A stretch of 64,000 bases of DNA from Candidatus Bathyarchaeota archaeon (GTDB taxonomy: Archaea > Thermoproteota > Bathyarchaeia > Bathyarchaeales > DTEX01), in NCBI GenBank assembly GCA_018397065.1, contig JAGTRI010000004.1:8595-72594 (forward strand), read 5' to 3'. Under the pieces are notes generated by a model. It worked only from the letters and a program-made list of their open reading frames with translations. It had not been told where the DNA came from and did not search any database. A program made the translations under genes and the position numbers. Shown piece after piece: positions 38,102 through 47,722 of this stretch; the stretch's first letter is position 1; every line of letters begins with the position of its first letter.

Positions 38102-38863
38102 ATGGTGTTGTCGTTCAAGCAGAGAATGGCGGAGTTAGCAGAAAAGAAGGATTCCAACATTGTGTTGGCGCTGGACCAGCTTCCGGAGGACGCGAGATCT
38201 CTTGTAGAAATAGGCATAAAAATTCTTGAGAAGACGCATCCCTACATCTGCGCAGTTAAGCTGAACCATCATCTTGTTCTGCCACTGGGGTTGTTTGATG
38301 GAACAAAGAAAATCGTGGACAAAGCACACAACCTCAATTTGCCTGTGATAATGGACTGCAAAATAAACGACATCGGATACACGAACCGCGTCATATCTGA
38401 AAACTATTTTAACGCAGGTTTTGACGCCGTAATTGCGAACCCGTTCGTCGGGTGGGACGACGGGCTTCAACCAGTCTTCGAGGTTGCTGAAAAAATGAGC
38501 CGAGGCGTAATCTTGCTAGTTTACATGAGCCACAAGGCCGCGTGGGAAGGCTACGGACAAATAGTTCATGACCCAAATGCTGATGAGCTAAAAGCACAAT
38601 ACCTAGTTTTTGCTCAGAAAGCATTGGCGTGGAACGCAGACGGCGCAATTGTAGGTGCAACATATCCAGAAAAAATCCGAGAAATCCGTACGATCCTTAA
38701 AGAAAAAGTGCCTATTTACTCGCCTGGCGTAGGCGTACAGGGCGGAGAAGTCAAAGCAGCTGTTGAGGCGGGTTCAAAATACTTGATAATTGGAAGGTCA
38801 ATAACGCTAGCGGATAATCCTAGGCAAGCTGCGAAATCATTTAGAGACGCTGCAAAGGACTAA
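38102..38863 (+). CDS. pyrF: Orotidine 5'-phosphate decarboxylase
   Basis: LALD, AVK, DCKINDIGYT, VGAT, PGVGVQGG and IIGRSI. Confidence 0.95.
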   Translation: MVLSFKQRMAELAEKKDSNIVLALDQLPEDARSLVEIGIKILEKTHPYICAVKLNHHLVLPLGLFDGTKKIVDKAHNLNLPVIMDCKINDIGYTNRVISENYFNAGFDAVIANPFVGWDDGLQPVFEVAEKMSRGVILLVYMSHKAAWEGYGQIVHDPNADELKAQYLVFAQKALAWNADGAIVGATYPEKIREIRTILKEKVPIYSPGVGVQGGEVKAAVEAGSKYLIIGRSITLADNPRQAAKSFRDAAKD

Positions 38864-38951
38864 TTTTTGTGCTATTCTGAAAAGAAAGTTTATCTTGCCT
38901 CTAAACGAAAGCAGCTGGTTTAATTATTTGCTGAAGCAAAAAGTTCTAAGC

Positions 38952-39095
38952 CTATTTGTTCCAAAGTTCTCTTCTTAGGAGGTCGCGTACTGCGGCTCTT
39001 ATAGCTGCGCTTCGACTTGGATACATGTTTTGTCGAACAAGTTCGTCGAGTCCTTCAAGATATGCTTCGGGAAGCAGAACGGTTACAAGCTTCAT
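38952..39095 (-). CDS. Unannotated 47-aa ribbon-helix-helix protein (CdrS/CopG-like)
   Basis: Translation MKLVTVLLPEAYLEGLDELVRQNMYPSRSAAIRAAVRDLLRRELWNK; GAGG upstream; shorter than the ORF-track cut-off. Confidence 0.85.
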   Translation of the reverse strand: MKLVTVLLPEAYLEGLDELVRQNMYPSRSAAIRAAVRDLLRRELWNK

Positions 39096-39238
39096 ACGAC
39101 TTGCGCCTCAACATAACATACTAACATATGGTTTTATTACTATGTACAACATTTAAGTTTAAAAGAATTTGGTATAAGATGAATGAGGCACAATTCAAAC
39201 ATTCATCGATAATTGCAACGGAAAGAGGAGAAAAAAGC

Positions 39239-40441
39239 ATGAAAGAATTCAACGCGAAAAAATTTGTTAAAGAACAGATAAACGAAATAAAACAGGTCAT
39301 AGGCAACGAAAAAGCCGTAATTGCAGTTTCAGGCGGTGTTGATAGCTCAACATGCGCTGTTCTTGTCCACCAAGCAATTGGAGACAACCTTATCTGCGTC
39401 ATACTGGATGACGCTTTTATGCGAGAGGGAGAACCTGAAAAGGTCGCAGAACTACTTTCGCAGCCCCCGCTGAATCTTCCGATGAGGATTGAACGTGTTC
39501 AAGAACGTTTCTTAACTGCACTTCGCGGACTTAGAGACGCGGAAGAGAAGCGTAAAGCCTTTAGGAAGACTTTTTACGAGACTCTTAGCGACATCGCGAA
39601 AAAGGAAGGAAGCATGTTTCTCGTTCAAGGTACGATACTTGCAGATATCATTGAAACAAAAGGCGGAATAAAGACGCAGCATAATGTCCTCGAACAAATA
39701 GGCATCAGCACAAGGGAACTCTACGGGTTCAAGGTTGTTGAACCTTTGGTGACGTTACTTAAGCACCAAGTAAGACAGGTCGCCAGATACCTCAAGATTC
39801 CGCCAGAAATTTCCGAGAGGCAACCGTTTCCTGGCCCTGGGCTTTCAGTTAGAGTTGTTGGAGAGATTACGCTTGACAAGTTGGCTGCGCTGAAAAAGGC
39901 GACGTCAGCTGTAGAAAATAACTTGTCTAAACATGATCCAAGCCAATATTTCGCTGCAATCATTAACAACGAGGAAATTTATCCACGCCCAAACCTTAGA
40001 GGGCTTGTGGACTTAACAGCAAGATACCTTGAACTTAGCCAGATGAACGTTTGGATTAAAGTTCTCGCAGACAAGGCCACAGGTATGAAACAAAAAGCTC
40101 GGCGATACGGCGAAATTGCGGCTGTCACGTGCAGAAAAGACAGCGGCGAGCTCTATCAGCCCGACTACAAGGACTTAAACGGTCTTCAAAAAAGGATATT
40201 GTCAAAGATGAGGTCTGCCACAAGAGTCTTGTACGAGATAGGCGAAGGAGATAAAAAACAGCCTTATGTCGTCGTTGTTAGAGCTGTTAAGACAGAAGAT
40301 TTCCTTAAAGCCCAAGTAGCTGAAATCCCGTGGCCTACTCTTCAAGAAACAGCGTCTCAGATTCTCAAGGAGTGCCCAAATGTTTCGTCGGTTTACTACG
40401 ACATTACACCCAAGCCTCCAGCGACAATAGAGATGGAGTAA
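39239..40441 (+). CDS. guaA: GMP synthase ATP-pyrophosphatase subunit with an expanded C-terminal region
   Basis: AVSGGVDSS, AEEKRK, LVQGTILADIIE, IKTQHNV, RQPFPGPGL, YDITPKPPATIEME. ATG 39239 follows GAGGAG. Confidence 0.92.
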   Translation: MKEFNAKKFVKEQINEIKQVIGNEKAVIAVSGGVDSSTCAVLVHQAIGDNLICVILDDAFMREGEPEKVAELLSQPPLNLPMRIERVQERFLTALRGLRDAEEKRKAFRKTFYETLSDIAKKEGSMFLVQGTILADIIETKGGIKTQHNVLEQIGISTRELYGFKVVEPLVTLLKHQVRQVARYLKIPPEISERQPFPGPGLSVRVVGEITLDKLAALKKATSAVENNLSKHDPSQYFAAIINNEEIYPRPNLRGLVDLTARYLELSQMNVWIKVLADKATGMKQKARRYGEIAAVTCRKDSGELYQPDYKDLNGLQKRILSKMRSATRVLYEIGEGDKKQPYVVVVRAVKTEDFLKAQVAEIPWPTLQETASQILKECPNVSSVYYDITPKPPATIEME

Positions 40442-40491
40442 CAGTCTCCTTTTAAGCAACGTTTCCTAACATGTAGAAAGGTGACAGTGCG

Positions 40492-40815
40492 ATGAGAGTT
40501 CTGGTTCAACGAATTGAATCCATAAAAGACCCATCTGGCAACCTTGGCAAACGGGTGGAACTCGTTGAGGAGGAAATTATGCCGAGCTACGCGATTAGAC
40601 CCCCAACTGAAGAGGCTCGAATAATCCAAGACGTCTTTAAGGCTTTACAACAACAAATGCCTATACTTGGAGCGCAAGCAAGGTTCAGCTCACCAAAAAT
40701 TATACTATTTTTAACAGAGCAAGAATATGAAGCACTAGGTGTAAGGTTCGACGTAAACCAGGTTTATGATGTGGATCTGGCGGAAGGGACAATAAAATTC
40801 CGAAAAGTCTCTTAG
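40492..40815 (+). CDS. Arcadin-1-like protein
   Basis: DPSGNLGKRVELVEE and PKIILFLTEQEYEALG resemble recalled Pyrobaculum arcadin-1 segments. Confidence 0.7.
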   Translation: MRVLVQRIESIKDPSGNLGKRVELVEEEIMPSYAIRPPTEEARIIQDVFKALQQQMPILGAQARFSSPKIILFLTEQEYEALGVRFDVNQVYDVDLAEGTIKFRKVS

Positions 40816-40901
40816 GCCTTGACTCAATCCAAACGATTACCGCCAAATAGAAATCAACAACAAACAGTTAACCACGTCAAATTTCGTATAGGCTGACAAA
40901 T

Positions 40902-41177
40902 ATGAAAGTTAGAGCACACGTGTTTGTTAGAGGACACGTTCAAGGCGTATTCTTTAGGTTCGAAACCCGCGCAAAAGCTATGCAACATAAAGTAACTGGA
41001 TGGGTAAAAAATTTACGTGACGGAAGAGTGGAAGCAGTCTTCGAGGGAGAAAAAGAAGCGGTTGAAGCCATGATAGATTTCTGCCGCCGTGGACCTTCTG
41101 GAGCTACAGTTACAGGCGTTGACGTGCTTTGGGAAGAACCCAAAGGAGAATTTGACAGATTCAGCGTATTGTACTAA
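40902..41177 (+). CDS. acyP: Acylphosphatase
   Basis: GHVQGVFFR, GWVKNLRDGRVEA and GPSGA. Confidence 0.96.
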   Translation: MKVRAHVFVRGHVQGVFFRFETRAKAMQHKVTGWVKNLRDGRVEAVFEGEKEAVEAMIDFCRRGPSGATVTGVDVLWEEPKGEFDRFSVLY

Positions 41178-41289
41178 TGATGAACCTTTTCGATGTTGCG
41201 ATAAAAACCAAAAGAAATATTAGTCATTGTACAGTTGTTACTTGTTGCAGCCAACAATTTTTAGAATAATAAAGGAAAAAGGTGATTTA

Positions 41290-41649
41290 ATGAGCGAAGG
41301 ATGGATTGAAACTTGCGCCAGAATTCTTGAACAAATCGAGAAAATGGCTGAAAAACCAGACAAAGACAGACTGGACATAATTCAGTCAATGCGGTTCTCT
41401 CTCTATGCCCTTCATCGAAGTATACTAGGCTGGCTTAACTGGGTGAATAACCCAGACATTATGGTGTCTTTTACAAAGGAGGAACTCGAGGCGATGAACA
41501 AAAAAATTACGAGTTTTATACAGGACTTCATAAAATATGACATGGAAGTAACTGAAAAAGGCGCAAGCAAAAACGTTGTTGCCCAAAAAGCTAGAAGAGA
41601 AGCCGAAGAAAGAGCCAGAAGAAGCCCAGAAGACATATTCTATATTTAA
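41290..41649 (+). CDS. DUF2153-like conserved archaeal protein
   Basis: DRLDIIQSMRFSL...RSILGWLNWVNNP pattern. ATG 41290 follows AGGTGA. Confidence 0.7.
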   Translation: MSEGWIETCARILEQIEKMAEKPDKDRLDIIQSMRFSLYALHRSILGWLNWVNNPDIMVSFTKEELEAMNKKITSFIQDFIKYDMEVTEKGASKNVVAQKARREAEERARRSPEDIFYI

Positions 41650-41660
41650 CCAGAATCTGG

Positions 41661-42152
41661 CTATGCCCTCTTCATAATTCTAAAGTGGCTGTCCTTCCCA
41701 GCGCTTACGTACTCTCCATTCATCTGGTCGCGGACAATATTTGCTATTCGCCTAAAGTTATCCGCGCCGAGGAAGGCTCGGGGTTTAATGATTACTTGGT
41801 CGTCCTTCTCCTCAAAATACAACATGCTTAACAAATCCTGAGGAAAAACCTTCTGCACGTCTTCAGCTGACTGAATACTGCTTGGAGGAGAAGGAGCAGC
41901 TAAAGGTTCACTAGTCATGATAGTTTGCTGAGAAGTCTTCGGTTGAGGAAGAATCCTAGAAGGCTCGGATACCAATGGCTGCGGAACAGCGCCTAGACCA
42001 GCTTTGAGGCTTTGCGAAATCTCAGAAAGGTCTTCTGACAGAAATTTCAGAATCCTCGTTAATTCGTCGATGCGCCTAATTAGGTCTTCAATCCTTGTTT
42101 TCTCTTCGCCCATAGACATGAACCATCCAAACGAAACTTTAAACTCTCTCAA
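41661..42152 (-). CDS. Hypothetical protein (coiled coil, Pro-rich linker, small C-terminal domain)
   Basis: Open ORF ending IIKPRAFLGADNF...GEYVSAGKDSHFRI; start uncertain. Confidence 0.7.
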   Translation of the reverse strand: MREFKVSFGWFMSMGEEKTRIEDLIRRIDELTRILKFLSEDLSEISQSLKAGLGAVPQPLVSEPSRILPQPKTSQQTIMTSEPLAAPSPPSSIQSAEDVQKVFPQDLLSMLYFEEKDDQVIIKPRAFLGADNFRRIANIVRDQMNGEYVSAGKDSHFRIMKRA

Positions 42153-42535
42153 TCAATTATTTAGACGCCTTTTCTTTTAAAAGTAGCTATGCCCAGTTTT
42201 TGATGGCCTTTCAGCATTAACCAATTGTCAAGTCTGCTTCTAAACCGATGAAATAATTTAAAAATTATTATACTGAATAGAAAATGTAGATTCACTGGAT
42301 TCCATATTTCTCTTCAAGTTTCTGAAGCCTTGTCACTATCCAATTATCTTTCCTGTCAAATCAAGTAGAAACACATAGTCATTTATATTTTCAAAAATGT
42401 TGCTAGTCTTCTCAAAATACAGTTTTAATTTTGGCCAGAGAGTTTTCCATTAGATGTCTTAAAAAATGAAAGTGCCCCAATATTTGCTTGAACATTTTTC
42501 ATTTTTTTACGGCCTCCTATCTTGGCATCCTACTG

Positions 42536-42955
42536 TTAAAATGTTTTTTCAGGATTGTTATGTGTAAGTCTAAATTCAGAAATTAAGATTGGAAAATTAA
42601 CTGGCCCTTTTTCCTTGAATTCCAATCCTAATTTTTGGCAAAAGATTCTTGCGATTGTTCTTTCAATAATTGTAGACTTCCCTAGAGGGGTTACTTCGAC
42701 AGAAAACCTAGTTGGTGTGGTGTCATCCAATAGGATAGCTCTTAGATCTGTAGAGAAAACTGTAAGGTTATATGGAATTTCGTGTATTGAACACGATTTT
42801 TTCTTATGATATTCATAAATCAGTTGGGTGCTTTTATCTCCTAAGGCTGACTTCAGCACTTCATCAATAGTTTAGACTAACAATTCGTCAAATCTATTAT
42901 AACCATGCTTCGAGACTTGTACATAGGTTTTTACTAATTCCGATTTCGTTGCCAA
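42536..42955 (-). pseudogene. DUF3227-like helical protein gene interrupted by an in-frame TAA
   Basis: From TTG 42955 the frame reads ...FDELLV*TIDEVLKSALG... with TAA at 42872-42874. Confidence 0.6.
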
Positions 42956-43105
42956 ACCTTAACCCTGATGGTTTCATATTCTATAGCCTATGAGACAGTT
43001 TACACCATTGAAAACTACTTAACTTCTACGAATCATCTGTATGTTAAAAAAATATAGAGCAAGAATTGGAGCTGGTGAGACTAAAGAAACAATCCTTTTA
43101 AGAAA

Positions 43106-43777
43106 TTAGAGAATCAATGTTCTTTCAAAATCCCTTTGAGTTGTTTCACCGCAATAAGGACAAAACGTATATTGCGTGGGAATTTTTCTGCCACAATTTT
43201 TGCAGTTGACCTTCTGAATTGGTTTTCCACAAAAAGGGCAGAAATCGAACTCAACCGAAACTTCTTTCCCGCATTCTCCGCAAAAAAAACTTAATCTTTT
43301 GGATTGCTCCCTTGAAATGTAACGCCCTGTTTCTTGTGAACTCATAAGAATCATAAGCCAAAAGGCGACTGGTATAAACATGCCAAGAGGTAGGCTTTGA
43401 TATGTCTGGTATAGCATATACGGAATGTAAACTTCTTCATATCCGGAGCCGGCGAAGAGTACCATTCCAATTAGGCTGAAGATGCCTCCCCACTCTACAA
43501 AGTAGTCTCGTTTCCGTTTGAACGTTCCCCATAGACATAAGATTACTCCTAATAGAACAAACATTGTTCCCAAGTACTTCGGAACAGAGTTATAGGCTTC
43601 CCAGCTCGTGTAAATCCCTAATGAGCCAAAATCGGTTACATATTCAACCATAAAGGGAAACTCAAAAATATAGAACCACGAAGTCGACGTTCCAGTTATA
43701 TTTGTGCCCCAAATAATTTTCCAAGGAAAAAACAACGACATAAAAAGCGTAAGACAAGCCGCCGTTCGAAGATTCAT
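43106..43777 (-). CDS. Membrane protein with C-terminal double zinc ribbon
   Basis: About 4 TM segments, then CGECG...CPFCG...CKNCG...CPYCG. Confidence 0.8.
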   Translation of the reverse strand: MNLRTAACLTLFMSLFFPWKIIWGTNITGTSTSWFYIFEFPFMVEYVTDFGSLGIYTSWEAYNSVPKYLGTMFVLLGVILCLWGTFKRKRDYFVEWGGIFSLIGMVLFAGSGYEEVYIPYMLYQTYQSLPLGMFIPVAFWLMILMSSQETGRYISREQSKRLSFFCGECGKEVSVEFDFCPFCGKPIQKVNCKNCGRKIPTQYTFCPYCGETTQRDFERTLIL

Positions 43778-43788
43778 TTTTCTCCGCC

Positions 43789-45093
43789 TTACTGCATAAT
43801 TCTCTCAAACAAGTGCTCAATCGGAACAATCTCTTGTGTTCTTTCTCTCATAGACCGCAAGACAACCATGTTCTGTTTGATTTCTTTTGATCCCACTATA
43901 ACGGCGTGCGTTATTCCACGTCGATCTGCATCCGAAAGTGCCTTAGAAACCGAGCGTCTCATAACTTCAAGCTCAACTATGAAGCCTTTTTCTCTTAGCA
44001 TATTAGAAATCTTGAACGCTTGCCCAAAAAGAGAACTTTCAACCGCAACTACCAGGATACGTCTTTCTTCGGACCTTTGAGATATCTGTCTCTGTTTCTG
44101 TAGCGCAAGTGAAAGACGGTCTACACCTAAAGCGGCGCCTACTGCAGGCACCTGCCCACCGCCAAACAGTTCAATCAGCCTATCGTAACGCCCTCCTCCC
44201 CCAACAGCAATGTCCATATCTACAACAAAAACTTCAAAAACCAAGCCAGTATAATATTCCAAGCCTCGGGCGAAACCAGCTTCAACTAATAAATCAGCAT
44301 CTACGCAGCCTGCTTTCAACATAGTAATAATTTCACTTAAGTTTCCAGCGGCTTCAAGAGCTTCAGAATAACTCTTTACAGCTTCATAGATTTCAGAAAT
44401 AACAACGTCAGATTGTCTTCCCTTGATGTTTAGAAGAGTCTCCAGTGTGTCCAAGCTACTTTTTGAACTACCAGCATTCTTCGCTGTTTCGAGAGCTATG
44501 TCAACTTGTTTTTTATCCAAAAGCTGCATGATGCTGTTTTGTTGTTCTTCAGCAATTCCATCGTGACTCAGTATACTTCGCAAGATCCCTACGTGGCCAA
44601 CTTTGAAAAAATAGCTCTTTAAGCCAATCTCTTTTAGCAAGCTGTTGGTTAAGGCCAGAATCTCAACATCAGCTTCAGATTTATTTGAGCCAAAAAGCTC
44701 GTAGTTTGCCTGCCAAAATTCACGGTACCTTCCAAACTGGGGCTCATCGTAACGGTATAAGCTGCCGATAGAAAATAGCCTTAATGGTCGAGGAGCACTC
44801 TGCATTTTTGTAGCCACAAGCCTAGCGACAGAAGCTGTGAATTCAGGTCTAAGCGCAACCTTTCTTCCACCAAGGTCTTCGAAGACAAACATCCGTCTTC
44901 TGTTTTCCTCACCCAGTTTCGCAGCCAGAAGCTCATAGTGTTCAACGAGGGGCGTAACAACCTCCTTGTACCCGTAAAGCCTCGAAACCTTTCTTGCCTT
45001 TTGTTCAATGAACCTTAGATTTTCTGCTTCTTCGTTTATGAGATCCCTCATCCCTCGAACTGTTCGGCGAAATTCAGAAGCCAACCACAACAC
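43789..45093 (-). CDS. hisS: Histidine--tRNA ligase
   Basis: RGMRD, LRPEFTASVAR, YRYDEPQFGRYREFWQ, RGLEYYTG, GGGRYD. Confidence 0.97.
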   Translation of the reverse strand: MLWLASEFRRTVRGMRDLINEEAENLRFIEQKARKVSRLYGYKEVVTPLVEHYELLAAKLGEENRRRMFVFEDLGGRKVALRPEFTASVARLVATKMQSAPRPLRLFSIGSLYRYDEPQFGRYREFWQANYELFGSNKSEADVEILALTNSLLKEIGLKSYFFKVGHVGILRSILSHDGIAEEQQNSIMQLLDKKQVDIALETAKNAGSSKSSLDTLETLLNIKGRQSDVVISEIYEAVKSYSEALEAAGNLSEIITMLKAGCVDADLLVEAGFARGLEYYTGLVFEVFVVDMDIAVGGGGRYDRLIELFGGGQVPAVGAALGVDRLSLALQKQRQISQRSEERRILVVAVESSLFGQAFKISNMLREKGFIVELEVMRRSVSKALSDADRRGITHAVIVGSKEIKQNMVVLRSMRERTQEIVPIEHLFERIMQ

Positions 45094-45213
45094 CTGTTCC
45101 TAGGAAAATATGTCATTTACCCTCTTATTTTGTAACAATATTTTAAAAGTTCTTTCATTAAATAAACTAAGATGTTTTGAACCGTTTAAAATGTTTTTAT
45201 GAAAAACTTCATT

Positions 45214-45810
45214 TTAGACATCTTTTTTAAATGACAATCGTGAAAGCGAATAATAGACAATTTCGCCTCTTCTGTTAAGAACTGAAAGAATAAGTGTTTT
45301 TTTCAAACTCTGTGCACGCGACAATACCCCAGCAAGGTCATTAATAGCAATAGGTTGTCCCTCTTTAATTCCAAGCACAAGGTAATCAGATGTGGACTTG
45401 TTGTATTCTCCTTTTTTGTAAACTCTGAAATCGATTCCTAAGCTAAACCCTTCTCTAACAACGTAGCCTCTGCTTCTGAGGTCACGGTAAATAAGGTAAC
45501 GAACCCAAGCATCTTTGTCAATAATTCTTGCCTTCGTTAACAATTGCTGAAAACTAATAGACGTATTTGTTTCTTCGTCTATAACCTCAATTATTCCCTT
45601 GTCCAATAAGTACAACGCTTCATAATAACTTAAGATGAGATCGCTGTTTTCAGGTGTTCCGTATCCGCGTGACGAAAGACCTTCAATGTCTTCAGATGAA
45701 GGAATAAGGACTCCCTTATCCTTAAGTATCCCCTTAAGAACAACCAGTTTTTCCTCTTTTTCTTTACGCTTTTTACTATTTCCGCTTTCAACAGTCATAT
45801 GCGTTTCCAA
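45214..45810 (-). CDS. endA: tRNA-splicing endonuclease subunit, probably the structural (non-catalytic) type
   Basis: LSYYEALYL and YRDLRSRGYVVREG..GIDFRVY; the catalytic His expected after Y..G appears absent. Confidence 0.85.
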   Translation of the reverse strand: METHMTVESGNSKKRKEKEEKLVVLKGILKDKGVLIPSSEDIEGLSSRGYGTPENSDLILSYYEALYLLDKGIIEVIDEETNTSISFQQLLTKARIIDKDAWVRYLIYRDLRSRGYVVREGFSLGIDFRVYKKGEYNKSTSDYLVLGIKEGQPIAINDLAGVLSRAQSLKKTLILSVLNRRGEIVYYSLSRLSFKKDV

Positions 45811-45837
45811 CCAATAATATCATTTGGTCTATAGCCA

Positions 45838-46857
45838 TCAGCCTTTTAGCCTTTCCTTCAATTCTTTGCTAGTTATGATTCCATCTTCGCGTATCACAGC
45901 TGTCACGTACCGCATTGGCGTAATATCAAACGCTGGATTCATCACTTGTACACCTTCAGGAGCAATGGTTTCGGTTCCAATCCGTGTCACTTCTTCAGGG
46001 TTTCGCTCTTCGATTACCACATCTTTAGCTGACTTAGAAAAATCAAACGTTGAAGATGGAGCAGCAACATAAAACGGAATGTTATTTTCATGTGCCAGAA
46101 CAGCCACTGCGTAGGTGCCAATCTTATTTATCACTGCATCACGTACAATCCTGTCTGCTCCAACAATTACTTTATTAATCAATCCCTTTGACATGACGTA
46201 TCCAGCCATGTTGTCAGTAATTAAGGTCACAGGAATATTGTCTCGCATAAGCTCAAAAACTGTGAGCCTTGCACCTTGAAGAAGCGGCCTCGTCTCATCT
46301 GCAAAAACTTTAATGCGTTTTCCTTCCTCCCAGGCGGCTCTAACAACTGCCAAGGCCGTTCCATATTCAACTGTGGCTAGGCTGCCAGCATTGCAGTGAG
46401 TTAAAATAACATCGCCATCATTAATTAGCGTTGCGCCATGTTTTCCGATTCTGCGGTTCACCTCTACGTCTTCATCAGCCATCCTAAGAGCCTCCGTAAT
46501 AATGGCTTTTTTAAGATTATCAATTCCCCCTCTAGTTTCTCTAGCTTTCTTCAAAATTCTGTCAACAGCCCAAAACAAGTTAACCGCAGTAGGACGAGTG
46601 TTTCTGATCGTTTCCGCTGCAAATTCCAGTTCACACATGAAATCCTTTCTGTTTAGAGCTTTAGAGTGGTACGCAGTGAGAGCCAAGCCATACGCTGTAG
46701 CTACGCCAATTAGAGGTGCACCCCTTATCTTCATTTCTTTGAGAGCTTGAGCAACTTGTTCACACGTTTTAAGCTCAATCCAAACTTCTTTTTTCGGTAG
46801 AACTGTCTGGTCAATCGTGTAGACAACGCCATCTCTCCATTCAATCGTCCTCACCAT
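45838..46857 (-). CDS. mtnA: Methylthioribose-1-phosphate isomerase (eIF2B-like family)
   Basis: IDQTVLP, IRGAPLIG, TRPTAVNL, LTHCNAGSLAT, ETRPLLQGARLT, NKIGTY, NPAFDITP. Confidence 0.93.
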   Translation of the reverse strand: MVRTIEWRDGVVYTIDQTVLPKKEVWIELKTCEQVAQALKEMKIRGAPLIGVATAYGLALTAYHSKALNRKDFMCELEFAAETIRNTRPTAVNLFWAVDRILKKARETRGGIDNLKKAIITEALRMADEDVEVNRRIGKHGATLINDGDVILTHCNAGSLATVEYGTALAVVRAAWEEGKRIKVFADETRPLLQGARLTVFELMRDNIPVTLITDNMAGYVMSKGLINKVIVGADRIVRDAVINKIGTYAVAVLAHENNIPFYVAAPSSTFDFSKSAKDVVIEERNPEEVTRIGTETIAPEGVQVMNPAFDITPMRYVTAVIREDGIITSKELKERLKG

Positions 46858-46973
46858 TGCACGCTCCTAAACATTGTTCGATGATTATTTCAAAAGATAC
46901 TGAAGAGTCGATTAATATAGGTTTTAACCAAGAAATAGTCTTTGTCAGCTTTTTGGTAATCAACTCTTTTGAA

Positions 46974-47405
46974 CTATGAAGTGTAATGCAGAATCCAGTA
47001 CAGCTCAATCTCTATTGCTATGTACGCTATAAGTACAAGAGCAACGCCGATTCCTATGAAAAACGAAACTTGACGAGGGTTATGAACGCGCCTGGTGCCT
47101 CGGTAAATAAGCAGAAACCCAGTTGCACCTAAAGCATACAGAATCATTATCGCTATGCTGCCTATCAGCAGCTGGTCGTGAATTTGGTAAGGAATAAAAG
47201 CTAGAAATCTTCCTGAGCCTAAGGGAATCGCAGCCACCGGGTTCATTAGAACGTCATATACGCCGCCTCCTAACAGGAAAATTGCTGCTGCCATAGCTAG
47301 TATGGCGATAAATATTGGAGATGGGCGATAGGTTGCCAGCTTTGTTATTGTTTTTTGAAGGAAATAGTTCCAAGACGAGAATTTACGATTCGAGTTCTTC
47401 GACAT
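46974..47405 (-). CDS. OST3/OST6 (OSTC/DC2-like) oligosaccharyltransferase accessory subunit homologue
   Basis: 3 TM segments; GGVYDVLMNP and AFIPYQIHDQ...LYALGATGF resemble recalled OSTC motifs. Confidence 0.65.
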   Translation of the reverse strand: MSKNSNRKFSSWNYFLQKTITKLATYRPSPIFIAILAMAAAIFLLGGGVYDVLMNPVAAIPLGSGRFLAFIPYQIHDQLLIGSIAIMILYALGATGFLLIYRGTRRVHNPRQVSFFIGIGVALVLIAYIAIEIELYWILHYTS

Positions 47406-47470
47406 GGCTGCTTTCCACTCTTTAAACAAAATCCATTATTTTGATGCGATATATAAAATGTGGAAACAAT

Positions 47471-47722
47471 TTAAACCTTGTGCACTTCCGTCTCTTGGTC
47501 TAAAATTTTATTTTCGAAGCCTGAAGCTAGAAGATGCTGAGCGACCTCTTTAACCCAGATGCCGCTGAACTCGTTATTTTTTATTTGCGTCAGGTATTCT
47601 GTCCAAGTGATGTTCATGGATTTCTTCCAAGCTTCGAAATTTTTGACTAGGTTTTTGTACGCAGACTCATGAAACTCACAGAACCTGCTTTCAGACTTCC
47701 TATTACAAATTTCGCAGCGCAC
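47471..47722 (-). CDS. Small Zn-finger protein downstream of topA
   Basis: CEIC...FCEFH motif; abuts the topA stop codon. Confidence 0.65.
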   Translation of the reverse strand: MRCEICNRKSESRFCEFHESAYKNLVKNFEAWKKSMNITWTEYLTQIKNNEFSGIWVKEVAQHLLASGFENKILDQETEVHKV

